Position numbers and translations under genes: made by a program. A DNA stretch of 64,000 bases from Thermoproteota archaeon (GTDB taxonomy: Archaea > Korarchaeota > Korarchaeia > Korarchaeales > Korarchaeaceae). The stretch is taken from contig JAOZFI010000041.1 of assembly GCA_027491395.1 (NCBI GenBank), positions 64,001 to 128,000 of the forward strand, in the 5' to 3' direction. Positions 18,324 to 28,212 of the stretch are shown here, piece after piece. Each line of letters opens with the position of its first letter. Within the stretch, counting starts at the first letter, position 1. Below the pieces are notes generated by a model. It made no database searches. It was given only the letters and a program-made list of their open reading frames with translations, and was not told where the DNA came from.

Positions 18324-19706
18324 TTGGGAGAGCTGGACGTCTTCTTCAAGCCGAGATCGGTGGCTGTCATAGGCGCATCTAGGAACCCTGAGAGAGTTGG
18401 ACACGTCATCCTGAAGAGGCTGATAGAGATAGGGTTCCCGGGGAGGATATACCCAGTGAATCCGAAGGCAGACCAGATACTGGGGCTCAACTGCTACCCT
18501 AGGGTCTCGGACATACCTGGCGATATCGACTTGGCGGTCATAGCTCTGAGGGCCGACCTCACCCCCTCAGCCCTAGAGGAGGCGGCTGAGAAGGGGGCCA
18601 AGGGCGCCATCGTGGTGTCTGGGGGATTCTCCGAGATAGGGAATGAACAGTTGGAGAGGAAACTGCTTGAGGTGGCGAAGAGGCATGGTGTGAGGGTGAT
18701 AGGCCCGAACTGCTTGGGGGTATTTGACCCCAAGGACAGGATAGATACCCTTTTCCTCCCGGAGGAGGTCATACCCCGGCCACGCCCCGGGGAGGTCTCG
18801 ATAATTACGCAGAGCGGAAGCCTGGGAAGTACCCTCCTCACGATGATCAGGAAGGAGGGGAGGGGGATGAGCAAGTTCGTGAGCTACGGCAACAGGCTGG
18901 ATGTGGATGAGGGGGACCTGATTTTGTACTTGGCGGAGGACGATGACACCAAGGTCATCGCGGCCTACATAGAGGGTGTGGCCGACGGGAGGAAGTTCAT
19001 GGAGTCTATAAGGGAGGCTTCAAAGAGGAAACCCGTGGTCGTCCTTAAAGGTGGAAGGACCTCGTCAGGAGACAGGGCCGTGAGGAGCCACACGGGATCC
19101 TTAGCCGGGAGGAGCGATATATTCCAGGCAGCGGTCCTTCAGAGCGGAGGGATCTTAGTCAGCACTTTGAACGAGTTTGTGGACGTTCCGGTGGCCCTAG
19201 CGACCCAACCACCCATGTTCGGGGACAGGGTAGCAGTACTGACGAACGGTGGCGGATTCGGGATACTGGCGGTGGATGCCTTGGAGGTCAGGGGCTTCAG
19301 GGTAACTCCCCCCTCCGAGCAGCTGATGAGGAAATTGAGGGAAATGCTTCCCTCGTACTACCCAGTGGGCAATCCGACGGACCTTACCGGCGACTCCACA
19401 CCGGAGCAGTTCTTGGAGGCTGGACTAGCCTTCGTTGAGAGCGGCGAATATGATGCCCTTTTCCTCATACCCCTGTTCGGGGTCCCCGGGATGGTTCCGG
19501 ACAAGACCGAGAGGCTATTGCTGGAGTTGGTCGAGAGATCCAATATACCAGTGGTGGCCACTGCAGTCCCTACAACCCCTGACGTCGAGGAGGTACTTCA
19601 CAGGATGGAGAAGAGGGGGATACCGATCTACCCGACCCCAGAGAGAGCAGCTGCAGCACTTTACGGGCTCAGGCAGTACGGTCGCTCGGTAGCCCGATCC
19701 CGATGA
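18324..19706 (+). CDS. acdA: ADP-forming acetate/acyl-CoA ligase alpha subunit (catalytic His present)
   Basis: PRSVAVIGAS, GPNCLG, TQSG, SHTGSL phospho-His loop, TNGGG, NPTDLTG. Confidence 0.92.
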   Translation: MGELDVFFKPRSVAVIGASRNPERVGHVILKRLIEIGFPGRIYPVNPKADQILGLNCYPRVSDIPGDIDLAVIALRADLTPSALEEAAEKGAKGAIVVSGGFSEIGNEQLERKLLEVAKRHGVRVIGPNCLGVFDPKDRIDTLFLPEEVIPRPRPGEVSIITQSGSLGSTLLTMIRKEGRGMSKFVSYGNRLDVDEGDLILYLAEDDDTKVIAAYIEGVADGRKFMESIREASKRKPVVVLKGGRTSSGDRAVRSHTGSLAGRSDIFQAAVLQSGGILVSTLNEFVDVPVALATQPPMFGDRVAVLTNGGGFGILAVDALEVRGFRVTPPSEQLMRKLREMLPSYYPVGNPTDLTGDSTPEQFLEAGLAFVESGEYDALFLIPLFGVPGMVPDKTERLLLELVERSNIPVVATAVPTTPDVEEVLHRMEKRGIPIYPTPERAAAALYGLRQYGRSVARSR

Positions 19707-19747
19707 ACAAATTTTTTATCCCGTCCCTCGAGGATTCACGGTGATGC

Positions 19748-20458
19748 ATGTTGCCCGGTTTTTGGGAGAGACTCAAGACGAGCATCGAGGCCAAGTTGAA
19801 TAAGCTGTTGGACAACTTCGAGGACCCCCGAGAGCAACTGGATTACGCGTACGACAAGCTCGTACAGCAGCTCCACGATGTGGAGATGGCCCTATCTAGG
19901 GCGATCACCGCTAGGAAGAAGCTGGAGTTCGAGCTGGAGAGGATAGATGAGAAGATAGAGGACCTCGATGATAAGGCCAAGAGGGCCCTCAAGGCCGGTA
20001 GGGAAGATCTGGCCAGGAAGGCCCTAGAGAGAAAGCTCATTCTGGTCAGACAGAAGAAGATATTGGAGGAAAGGATAGCTGACATGAAGGAGGACGAGGA
20101 GAAACTGCTGGAGGTGAGGGACAAGCTCAAGACGAAGATAGACCTGTTCAAGGCAAAGAAGGAGCAGCTCAAGGCGGAATACGAGGCCTCCAAGGCTCAG
20201 GTGGAGGTTCAGGAGATGGTCACCGGACTGTCCGAGGACTTCACATCGGCTGCCGAGATAATAGAGAGGGCCGAGGACAAGGTCAACGAGATGAAAGCTA
20301 GGGCCGCAGCTCTGGACGAACTGGTTGCCACCGGAGGGGCTCTCGATGTCTTGGAACCTGAGGAGAAGGACGAGATAGAGAGGGAACTGGGTAAGATTGA
20401 GCTCCAGAGCGAGCTCGAAGAAGAATTGAGGAGATTGAAGGAGGAAGTTGGGGGCTGA
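19748..20458 (+). CDS. pspA: PspA/IM30 (Vipp1; ESCRT-III superfamily) protein
   Basis: Amphipathic N-terminus GFWERLK, EDPREQLDY, ALKAGREDLARKALERK, ARAAALDEL, C-terminal EEELRRLK. Confidence 0.92.
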   Translation: MLPGFWERLKTSIEAKLNKLLDNFEDPREQLDYAYDKLVQQLHDVEMALSRAITARKKLEFELERIDEKIEDLDDKAKRALKAGREDLARKALERKLILVRQKKILEERIADMKEDEEKLLEVRDKLKTKIDLFKAKKEQLKAEYEASKAQVEVQEMVTGLSEDFTSAAEIIERAEDKVNEMKARAAALDELVATGGALDVLEPEEKDEIERELGKIELQSELEEELRRLKEEVGG

Positions 20459-20464
20459 TCCCAG

Positions 20465-20872
20465 TTGCCCTCTCTCAGGGATTTTTTAGCTTATGGAGCG
20501 GGAGCTATCCTGATTTTCTTCGGCTTGGTCTTCCTGATAGCAAGTTCCTACAACCCCTCTAGGGTCTTGCCGGGATTTACCATGCTGCTCTTGGGAGGAG
20601 CAGCCATATACGCTAATATGATGGTTAAAAGGGCCCAAGTATCTGAGGAACTTCTCGAGGCGAGGGTGATAAGGCTCGCTAGGAGGAAAGGAGGGTACGT
20701 GACCGTTGCAGATGTGGCAGCTGACCTGAACCTCCCAGTCGACACGGCCAAGCAGGTCTTGGAGAGGCTAGAGAGGAGGGGCCTAGCATTTCTGGACTTC
20801 AAAAGGATAGGAGATGAGGGGGTAGAGGTGTACAGGATACTGGGCACCAGCAGCTCCGATGAGGAATCATGA
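20465..20872 (+). CDS. Two-TM membrane protein with a C-terminal winged-helix domain
   Basis: Two hydrophobic helices, then VIRLARRKGGYVTVADVAADLNLPVDTAKQVLERLERRG...VYRI; starts 6 nt after pspA. Confidence 0.75.
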   Translation: MPSLRDFLAYGAGAILIFFGLVFLIASSYNPSRVLPGFTMLLLGGAAIYANMMVKRAQVSEELLEARVIRLARRKGGYVTVADVAADLNLPVDTAKQVLERLERRGLAFLDFKRIGDEGVEVYRILGTSSSDEES

Positions 20873-21205
20873 GACCGGTGTGCCCGGCGGGACCTTCTCC
20901 TCAGGGGTCAGCAGAACGGGTCTGCCCCCTCCCACCACCGCGGCGAGTAGCATACCCTGCGACTCTATGCCCATGAACTTCCTCGGTTGCAGGTTCGTCA
21001 CGACGACTATCTGTTTACCCATTAGGCTCTCGGGCTCGTAGTGCTCTGCCAGGCCCGCGACCAGCTGTCTTCGTTCATTGCCTAAATCCACTACCAACTT
21101 TATGAGCTTCCTGCTGCCTTCAACCCTCTCTGCCTCTATTATCTCTCCAACCCTCAAATCCAGTTTTTTAAAGTCCGAAAACGAGACGTAACCCATGGAA
21201 CCCAC
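20867..21205 (-). CDS. Stand-alone MetRS C-terminal (beta subunit) / Trbp111-CsaA tRNA-binding OB-fold protein
   Basis: DFKKLDLRVG, KLIKLVVDLG, NLQPRKFMGIESQGMLLA. Confidence 0.92.
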   Translation of the reverse strand: MGSMGYVSFSDFKKLDLRVGEIIEAERVEGSRKLIKLVVDLGNERRQLVAGLAEHYEPESLMGKQIVVVTNLQPRKFMGIESQGMLLAAVVGGGRPVLLTPEEKVPPGTPVS

Positions 21206-21304
21206 CCACTCTACGTGAAAGGTACTATTTTTAAATCAGTAAGAAGAACGTTACTCCTGTAAAGGACCGCTAGAAACGGTCCGAGATAAGAGGTGAGAAA
21301 GAGA

Positions 21305-22576
21305 ATGGGAAAGATATCTGTGACTGCGCTGGGTGGAACCCGTGAAGTAGGCAAGAGCGCACTCTTGCTTGAGGCAGGAGGTACGAGGGTGCTGCTGGAT
21401 TACGGCATGAAGCTAATACCCAAGGAGCACCCCGAGTTCCCTCCTATACCTGAGAAAGTGGATGCTGTCCTGCTGACTCACGCGCATTTGGATCACTCTG
21501 GATCGCTGCCCAGGCTGGTTAGCCATGGACACGACGTACCCATCTACGGGATAGACATCACTAGGGAGTACTCCGAGCTTCTGCTGTACGATGCCATAAA
21601 GGTGGCGAAGCTGAAGGGCCATCACATAGGGTACGGACCGAAAGAGGTGAGGAGGATCCTGAATAATTTCAGGCCAGTGGAATTCAACGTTCCCTTCAGG
21701 GTGGGCGACTTGGAGGTCACCGCCGTAAATGCTGGCCACATACCCGGCAGCGCCATGTTCCATATAAAGTACGACGGGACGAGCGTCCTGTACACGGGAG
21801 ACTTCAATACAGTATCTTCTAGGCTGATGCCTCCAGCTGGCATCGATGACATACCGCCGGTAGACATACTCATAACGGAATCCACCTATGCTAGGAAGGA
21901 GCACCCGCCCAGAGCGAAGCAGGAACTCCTACTCAAGGAGATAGTGATAGAAACCCTGAAGTCCAGCGGGACGGCCATAGTCGCTGGATTCGCGATAGGC
22001 AGGCTTCTGGAGGTCGCCATGGCTCTGAGGGCTAGGGGGTTCAAGGGAAGGCTCTTCCTAGATGGGATGGCCCGGAAAAGCACGGAGATAACAGAGTACT
22101 TCTCGAACAGGGTTAGGGACGCTGACGACCTGAAGCTAGCCGTGAGGACCATAACTTCCGTGAGGAACTGGCACATGAGGAAGAAGATAACCAAGAGGCC
22201 CAATGTGGTGCTGACCACTTCAGGTATGCTCGAGGGCGGCCCAGTTCACTACTATGTGAAGGAGAGGAAGGAGGACGAGAACAGCACCATAACCCTGACA
22301 GGCTACCAAGTGGACGGAACCGAGGGAAGGAGGCTGATAGAGGAGGGCAGGATGGAGATAGAGGGAGAAGAAACGTGGATAATGATGAAGGTAAACCAGC
22401 TCAACTTTTCTGCCCACGCCAGTAGGTCCGGTATACTCAAGCTCATCAGGGAACTGAAGCCAGAGAGCATAATGGTGGTCCATGGGGAGGAATCGGAAGA
22501 GTTCGCCAACGAGCTAGAGGATAAGATGGGAATGGCGGCCTTCTCTCCAGAGCTAGGCGAGGAGGTCATATTCTAA
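21305..22576 (+). CDS. Beta-CASP metallo-beta-lactamase ribonuclease (aCPSF type, no KH domains)
   Basis: LGGTREVGKS, THAHLDHSG, AGHIPGS, YTGD, ESTY, SGMLEGG, FSAHA, VHGE; SD GAGGTGA upstream of the ATG at 21305. Confidence 0.92.
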   Translation: MGKISVTALGGTREVGKSALLLEAGGTRVLLDYGMKLIPKEHPEFPPIPEKVDAVLLTHAHLDHSGSLPRLVSHGHDVPIYGIDITREYSELLLYDAIKVAKLKGHHIGYGPKEVRRILNNFRPVEFNVPFRVGDLEVTAVNAGHIPGSAMFHIKYDGTSVLYTGDFNTVSSRLMPPAGIDDIPPVDILITESTYARKEHPPRAKQELLLKEIVIETLKSSGTAIVAGFAIGRLLEVAMALRARGFKGRLFLDGMARKSTEITEYFSNRVRDADDLKLAVRTITSVRNWHMRKKITKRPNVVLTTSGMLEGGPVHYYVKERKEDENSTITLTGYQVDGTEGRRLIEEGRMEIEGEETWIMMKVNQLNFSAHASRSGILKLIRELKPESIMVVHGEESEEFANELEDKMGMAAFSPELGEEVIF

Positions 22577-22578
22577 AA

Positions 22579-22830
22579 TCACACCCTTATCCCCACTATC
22601 CTAACCTTGGCCTCCTTCACCCCCTCAACGCTCTCCGCCGCCTTCTTTATCGCTAACGCGAGAAGATCTGCATAAGGGCAGAAAGGAGTCGTGAGAGTGA
22701 ACTCCACTGTCACCACACCGCCTTTCTCCTCTACTTTCTTTATCAGGCCAGCATCCACCATGCTCACTTTGAGCTCCGGATCCTTGACCTTCCTCAAAGC
22801 CTCCCATACCTTCCTCTCAATCTCCTTCAC
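22579..22830 (-). CDS. DUF59 / SufT-like metal-sulfur cluster assembly factor
   Basis: ALRKVKDPEL...VDAGLI...TLTTPFCP. Confidence 0.9.
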   Translation of the reverse strand: MKEIERKVWEALRKVKDPELKVSMVDAGLIKKVEEKGGVVTVEFTLTTPFCPYADLLALAIKKAAESVEGVKEAKVRIVGIRV

Positions 22831-23905
22831 TCCTCCTCATCTCCCTCAGGATGAAATCTAGGGGAAAGATTTGCAACACCTTCCTGTCGTCTGTGGGCAT
22901 GACCTCCACGAGCCTCCCATCCAAACCGAATTCCCGAACTTCCTTGGCGATATCTTGGAAGGTGTATGGATCTATGAGGAGCTTACCTCCGGAGATCACG
23001 CCTCCGTATTTGGTTGAGAGATATAGGAGAGCCTCCTCCGGGCCCTCGATCTCCCCGTAGATAAGGGTGCCCTCATCAGTCGGCTCTTCATACTCCTTCG
23101 CGACATTCTTGGCCCTCCTAGCCCACCTCATCCTCACCTGATATTCCTTCTGGAGGGCCGGGCAATAGTAACCCATGATGCCTGTCTCCCTCTCGACGAA
23201 CTCCAACACCTCCCTCGCAGCCTCCGCACTTCCCTGAACAGCAACCTCGCTGTCCGTCTTGGGCCTTAAACCCATCTTTAGCAATCTATTCCTGTTAGAT
23301 GGCGTGAATTCCAGCTCGTTGAGGTTTATGAAGCTGGCGCCTATCCTGTCTAGGTAGGAAGCGAGTTCCTTCAGCTTCGACACCCAAGGCTCTCTAGGTA
23401 TAGAGGGCATCTCCGCTCCTACGGTGAATCCCTCGTCTAAGGCTAGTACCATCCTCTCCCAGATCCTCCTATCCCAGCTGTGAAATCTGATCTCATCCAA
23501 CCCGGCATCCCTCAGAATGGACAGACTTCTCTCATCTATCCCCACGGCGTTGGTGTACATGTGCGTATGGAAAGAGTCGCCAAACCTGTCCTTCAAGATC
23601 TGGACGTAGTGGGCCACTTTGTCTACTACTAGCGAGGGTTCTCCGCCAGTGATCCCAGCACCTAAGGCGGAAACGAGTTCCGCCTCCCTGATCACATCTT
23701 CATCGCTAGATACTGGGTTCTCGTCAACCAGCACCAAGTCCTTGTCGCGGCGCCACTCGGAGATCGTGCAGTATGGACAGGACTCGTAGAGGGGGCACTT
23801 ACCGGTCACGAATAGGACTATCTTAGCCCCTTCCCAGCAGAGCCCGCAGCCCCTGCTCCAGCCCCTAACCCTGAGCGCACCTAGAGGAAGTTCCTCCATG
23901 ATCAT
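22817..23905 (-). CDS. Archaeal radical SAM protein (COG2108-like)
   Basis: [48 protein letters not shown]. Confidence 0.85.
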   Translation of the reverse strand: MIMEELPLGALRVRGWSRGCGLCWEGAKIVLFVTGKCPLYESCPYCTISEWRRDKDLVLVDENPVSSDEDVIREAELVSALGAGITGGEPSLVVDKVAHYVQILKDRFGDSFHTHMYTNAVGIDERSLSILRDAGLDEIRFHSWDRRIWERMVLALDEGFTVGAEMPSIPREPWVSKLKELASYLDRIGASFINLNELEFTPSNRNRLLKMGLRPKTDSEVAVQGSAEAAREVLEFVERETGIMGYYCPALQKEYQVRMRWARRAKNVAKEYEEPTDEGTLIYGEIEGPEEALLYLSTKYGGVISGGKLLIDPYTFQDIAKEVREFGLDGRLVEVMPTDDRKVLQIFPLDFILREMRRSEGD

Positions 23906-25140
23906 CCACGCCAGCTCTTCAAGTATCTCTCCTGCTCTTTTGTTAGGGTATCTATCTCTATCCCCATGGACGCCAGCTTGAGCCTAGCCACCTCCTCATC
24001 TATGCTCCTCGGAACCGAGTGCACCTCTGGCTTTAGGTTCCTCCCCTCTTTGATCAGGTACTCGACAGCTAGGGCCTGATTGGAGAAGCTCATGTCCATG
24101 ACCTCGCTTGGATGCCCCTCCGCAGCAACCAGATTCACGAGTCTGCCCTCCGCCAACAGGTAGATCCTCCTCCCGTTGGGAAGCAAGTACTCTTTCACGT
24201 TATCCCTCATCCCCCTCTTGGAGAGGGCCATTAGCTCCAAGTCCTTGACCGATACCTCCACATCGAAGTGTCCCGCATTAGCCAGAATGGCTCCGTCCTT
24301 CATCAGGCTTATGTGCTCCGCTTTAATTACATCCTTGTTTCCCGTGGCGGTTACGAAGATGTCCCCTACCTTAGCCGCCTCCTTCATTGGCATAACTAAG
24401 TAGCCGTCCATGGCAGCCATCAGGGCCTTTATGGGATCGATCTCCGTTACTATGACCTTGGCACCCATTCCGCGGGCTCTCATGGCTATTCCCCGACCGA
24501 CATGTCCGTATCCGGCTACCACGAAGTATTTACCGGCTATCATAACATTAGTCGCCCTCAGAATACCGTCGATCGTACTCTGGCCAGTTCCATAGACGTT
24601 ATCGAAGTTCCACTTAGTCTCCGCGTTGTTAACCGCTATAACCGGGTACTTGAGCACCCCATCCCTAGCTAGGGACTCTATCCTGAGGACACCAGTGGTG
24701 GTCTCCTCGGTCCCGCCGATCACATCGTCAGCGAATCCCTTCTCGTGGGCCATCACCGTAATGTCCCCACCATCGTCCATCGTGATGTGAGGTTTGCAGC
24801 TCAACGCTTTCTCTATTGCCCAGAAGTACTCTTCCTCGCTCATCCCCCTCCAAGCGTACACATCTATTCCCCCCTCTGAGAGGGCCGCCGCGACGTCATC
24901 CTGAGTGGAGAGGGGATTCGATGCCGACAGGCAGACCTCCGCCCCACCCTCCTTCAATGTCAATACTAGGACAGCCGTTTCCTTGGTGACATGGAGGCAC
25001 GCAGCTATTCTGATGCCCTCTAAGGGCCTCTCCTTGGAGAATCTCTCCGATATTGTGTCCAACACGGGCATATGGGCCTTGGCCCATTCTATTTTCAACG
25101 CGCCCTTCTCAGCTAGGCCGGGATCCTTGACCTTAGGCAT
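23902..25140 (-). CDS. ahcY: Adenosylhomocysteinase
   Basis: [52 protein letters not shown]. Confidence 0.97.
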   Translation of the reverse strand: MPKVKDPGLAEKGALKIEWAKAHMPVLDTISERFSKERPLEGIRIAACLHVTKETAVLVLTLKEGGAEVCLSASNPLSTQDDVAAALSEGGIDVYAWRGMSEEEYFWAIEKALSCKPHITMDDGGDITVMAHEKGFADDVIGGTEETTTGVLRIESLARDGVLKYPVIAVNNAETKWNFDNVYGTGQSTIDGILRATNVMIAGKYFVVAGYGHVGRGIAMRARGMGAKVIVTEIDPIKALMAAMDGYLVMPMKEAAKVGDIFVTATGNKDVIKAEHISLMKDGAILANAGHFDVEVSVKDLELMALSKRGMRDNVKEYLLPNGRRIYLLAEGRLVNLVAAEGHPSEVMDMSFSNQALAVEYLIKEGRNLKPEVHSVPRSIDEEVARLKLASMGIEIDTLTKEQERYLKSWRG

Positions 25141-25176
25141 GTCGCATCGCTTAGCTAGTAGGTGAGGAAATAAAAA

Positions 25177-25398
25177 TCACTCCCTCTTTGCTATCTGGAC
25201 CAGCCAGTGATCCCCTCTCTTCACGACGGCCTTTAATATGTGACCGGTCCTCTTTACCCAGTCGTAAACCTCGTCTACCGATTCCTTATCATTAATGAGA
25301 AAGTTTACCGTCTCACCTGGGGAGGCTTTCTTCACGGTCTTCGCTATCTGTATTATCGGATAGGGGCTCCTCTTACCCCTCAGATCGATGGTCCTCAT
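25177..25398 (-). CDS. TusA/SirA-family protein lacking the catalytic Cys
   Basis: IDLRGKRSPYPII corresponds to LD.RG..CP.P, with Cys replaced by Ser (AGC). Confidence 0.85.
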   Translation of the reverse strand: MRTIDLRGKRSPYPIIQIAKTVKKASPGETVNFLINDKESVDEVYDWVKRTGHILKAVVKRGDHWLVQIAKRE

Positions 25399-25949
25399 AT
25401 TCTCACAACCCTCCTCCCTAGCACCTCCTCAACGAGGGCCTCCTCCACCCCTTCATCTAACATCTTGTACATCAGATAGGCATCCTCCCCATCAGCATAG
25501 TAGGCGGGAATTATCCCGAGCTTCTTGTAGCCCATACCGTCGTACAGTTTTATCGCGGGCTCGTTGGAGACCCTTACCTCGAGGTAAACCGCGTCAGCCC
25601 CGTATCCCTTCAGACCCTTCTCCGCTCCCTCCATTAGTGCCTTGCCTATACCCTTCCTCCTGTGCTTCTTGCTCACAGCTATGGAGAGGACGTGGCCAAG
25701 CAGGATAGTCTGATCCCTAGCGTAATAGCTCTCGACCCTGCACATCACGTATCCAACGACCTTACCGTCATCGTCTTCCGCCACCAAGAAGCTGTTCGGG
25801 AACCTCCTGTAGTTCTCTATGAAGAAATAGCTGGGGTAGTTCTCAGGCAAGAAGACCCTGTTGATGCGCTCAACCTCCTCCAAGTCCTCGGGCTTGAAGG
25901 GTCTTATCCTGTAGCCTTGGAGCATCACATGGAATTTCAACGAGATCAT
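25395..25949 (-). CDS. N-terminal acetyltransferase, Ard1/RimI-like GNAT
   Basis: LPENYP, GYVMCRVE, GHVLSIAV...RRKGIG, LEVRVSN, YYADGEDAYLM; real start may be the ATG at 25925. Confidence 0.92.
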   Translation of the reverse strand: MISLKFHVMLQGYRIRPFKPEDLEEVERINRVFLPENYPSYFFIENYRRFPNSFLVAEDDDGKVVGYVMCRVESYYARDQTILLGHVLSIAVSKKHRRKGIGKALMEGAEKGLKGYGADAVYLEVRVSNEPAIKLYDGMGYKKLGIIPAYYADGEDAYLMYKMLDEGVEEALVEEVLGRRVVRI

Positions 25950-25979
25950 ATATTTTAAACGAATGGTGCAGGATCTCTT

Positions 25980-27050
25980 ATGTCGAAAATACCACCCTCA
26001 GTGGAGGATGTAGTGGCTAAGAGTTTCGAAGTGAAAGATGTGGTCTATTATGAGGATAAGGTGGAGTTCTTACTGCAGGAGATAAGCCCCTTCGAGACCG
26101 GGCCCCTTTTCAAGAGTCTGTATATGAAGTTAACCGAGATGGACCTTCTCCCCAAGCTGTTTCACGATGGGGAGAATCTCAAGTTGCTCGTATTCCCCAT
26201 TCCCGAAAAGCTGGGTGTCAGTGATAAGTTGAGATATGCCCTCTCTGCGGTTACCGTCGCTGCTGTCCTCTTCTCTGCTTGGATTATCTCAGATGGAACT
26301 GCCTCTCTCTTGAGAGAATTAGGGATGCAGGTGGATATACTCAGCTCCACAATCTTCCACTCGCTCGGGATACTGGCCTTCCTGCTGGTGCACGAGCTGG
26401 GCCACTCGCTCAGGTGGGAGGGCAAGTACAAGGTGGACCTGATGATTCCGGCGCCTCCCCCTCCCCTCGGATTCGGCACCTTGGGGGACCTGCTCGTGAG
26501 GGACAGGCCCTTCATCAACAGGGAAGAGCAGCAGGATGTGGCGCTTTACGGTTTACTAGCGGGCCTCTCGATCGGTTTGATAATCTCCCTCTTGGGGCTC
26601 CTCCAATCGGTTCCCGTTCCATCGGATGTAGCTTCAACTTGGATAGAGGAAGGGAAAGCTGGAATGCTACCGACCCCCCTCGTCTTCCTGCTGATGGAAG
26701 TCGCCCTCTCTCCTGGCGGCGGGAACATGTTCCTGCTGTCACCTCTGGCGCTCGCCGGTTTGGGTGCCCTGCTGATATCTTTCTTCCTGTCAATGCCCAT
26801 CATCCCATGGGACGGAGGTCACGTAGCCAGTTCACTCACCGGAGGCAGGATGAGATGGCTCGAATGGATAGCAGTCTTGGGGATGATACTCATCAACCCA
26901 CTATTGGGCGCCCTGATGCTGATAGCCAAGTTGATGCCAGCCTATCCTGCGGTGTTGGATGAGTATAGTGAGGTACCGCAGAGAAAGAAGAGGAGAGGAT
27001 TATTCCTTTACCTGCTAATATTAATGATCTCGGTGCCCGTCCTCCAATAA
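25980..27050 (+). CDS. Site-2 protease (M50) family membrane metalloprotease
   Basis: HELGH in a TM segment, GFGTLG, PWDGGH. Confidence 0.85.
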   Translation: MSKIPPSVEDVVAKSFEVKDVVYYEDKVEFLLQEISPFETGPLFKSLYMKLTEMDLLPKLFHDGENLKLLVFPIPEKLGVSDKLRYALSAVTVAAVLFSAWIISDGTASLLRELGMQVDILSSTIFHSLGILAFLLVHELGHSLRWEGKYKVDLMIPAPPPPLGFGTLGDLLVRDRPFINREEQQDVALYGLLAGLSIGLIISLLGLLQSVPVPSDVASTWIEEGKAGMLPTPLVFLLMEVALSPGGGNMFLLSPLALAGLGALLISFFLSMPIIPWDGGHVASSLTGGRMRWLEWIAVLGMILINPLLGALMLIAKLMPAYPAVLDEYSEVPQRKKRRGLFLYLLILMISVPVLQ

Positions 27051-27082
27051 ATTAAAAACTAACTTTCCACAGGCAGGATTGG

Positions 27083-27898
27083 ATGGACCACGAAGATTAC
27101 GACGAGAAGCTAGCTGAAAAGGAGGAGCTAGAGGAGAGGATAACCGAGCTCAGAGATCTGGTCACTAAATTAAGCGCCGAGACCGAGAAGCTAAACACGA
27201 GACATGAGACCCTCCTAAAGGGTATAGAGGACCTCCAGAGAAGGAAACTATCATTGGAGGACGAGATAACAAGGAGAAGGGCTGAACTGAGCCATCTAGA
27301 ATCCCAGATCGAGGAGTTGGAGAGGGACTTGGATGTTCTCAAGGAGGGGAGGGAGAGACTCAGGTCCGAGTACAACTCCCTAGAGTCCAGAAAATCGGTG
27401 CTGGAATCGGAGGTGTCTTCGCTTGGGGCTAAAATAGAATCCATGAGGAGAGAGGAATCTTCCCTGAAGGAGAGGATAAAGGAGCTCAGAAACCAAGTGA
27501 GGAAGCTTGAGAGCCAGAAGACTGTCCTGCTGGGAGAGATAGAGGAGCTCAGAAACATAAGGAACGACCTAGCCGAGGATATAAGGAAGATGGCCGAACA
27601 CATAAAGGAAGCCGCTCGAAACCTTACATCAGGCAGTGGACCACTGATCGAGGAGCTAAGGAAGATGTCCGACACGCTCAGGGACTACAAATCCGGACTG
27701 AATGGTCTGTCAGAGGAGTTGAGGGACCTCTCATCCTTCTTATCCAATCTTGAGTCTAGGCAGAGGCTATTAGAAACTCTGGATAGGGAAATCGAGGCGA
27801 GGAGAGCTAGGATAGACCTACTAAGGGCGGAAGAGGAGAGGTTGAGGAGATCCATATCCCAACTGGGCGGGCGCGGACTCGAGCCCCAAGAGGGATAA
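27083..27898 (+). CDS. Long coiled-coil protein of unknown function
   Basis: Continuous heptad E/K/R/L pattern over about 260 aa; upstream TATA-like attaaaaa. Confidence 0.75.
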   Translation: MDHEDYDEKLAEKEELEERITELRDLVTKLSAETEKLNTRHETLLKGIEDLQRRKLSLEDEITRRRAELSHLESQIEELERDLDVLKEGRERLRSEYNSLESRKSVLESEVSSLGAKIESMRREESSLKERIKELRNQVRKLESQKTVLLGEIEELRNIRNDLAEDIRKMAEHIKEAARNLTSGSGPLIEELRKMSDTLRDYKSGLNGLSEELRDLSSFLSNLESRQRLLETLDREIEARRARIDLLRAEEERLRRSISQLGGRGLEPQEG

Positions 27899-27937
27899 GT
27901 TAAAAATGAGGCATCCGACTAACACGGGGTATCTGCT

Positions 27938-28195
27938 ATGAGCGCGGAAAAGGCAGAGAAGGTAATCAGGGAAATAGAGGTTAAACCCTCCGTCCTAGAG
28001 CAGATCAAGAAGGAGGTCCAGAGATCCAAGGTAGTCACGCCTCAATCCCTCGCCCTGAAGTATAATATCCGGGTGAGTGTCGCTAGGAGATTACTGCGCG
28101 AGTTCGAGAAGGAGGGGCTCGTAATATATGTCGATGGCAATTCGAGGATAAGGATTTATAGGGGAACCAAGGCTAAGGCCCCGAAGGAGGGGTGA
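27938..28195 (+). CDS. rps25e: 30S ribosomal protein S25e
   Basis: KEVQRSKVVTPQSLALKYNIRVSVARRLLRE...G...IY. Confidence 0.9.
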   Translation: MSAEKAEKVIREIEVKPSVLEQIKKEVQRSKVVTPQSLALKYNIRVSVARRLLREFEKEGLVIYVDGNSRIRIYRGTKAKAPKEG

Positions 28196-28212
28196 ACTCT
28201 TAACCCTTCTTT

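Noticed and set aside
21264-21282. GGACCG-N7-CGGTCC hairpin upstream of the beta-CASP gene
   Set aside because: Only 6 bp; could be chance, with no further support
26279-26962. 227-aa alternative-frame ORF inside the site-2 protease gene
   Set aside because: Out-of-frame overlap with no recognisable domain
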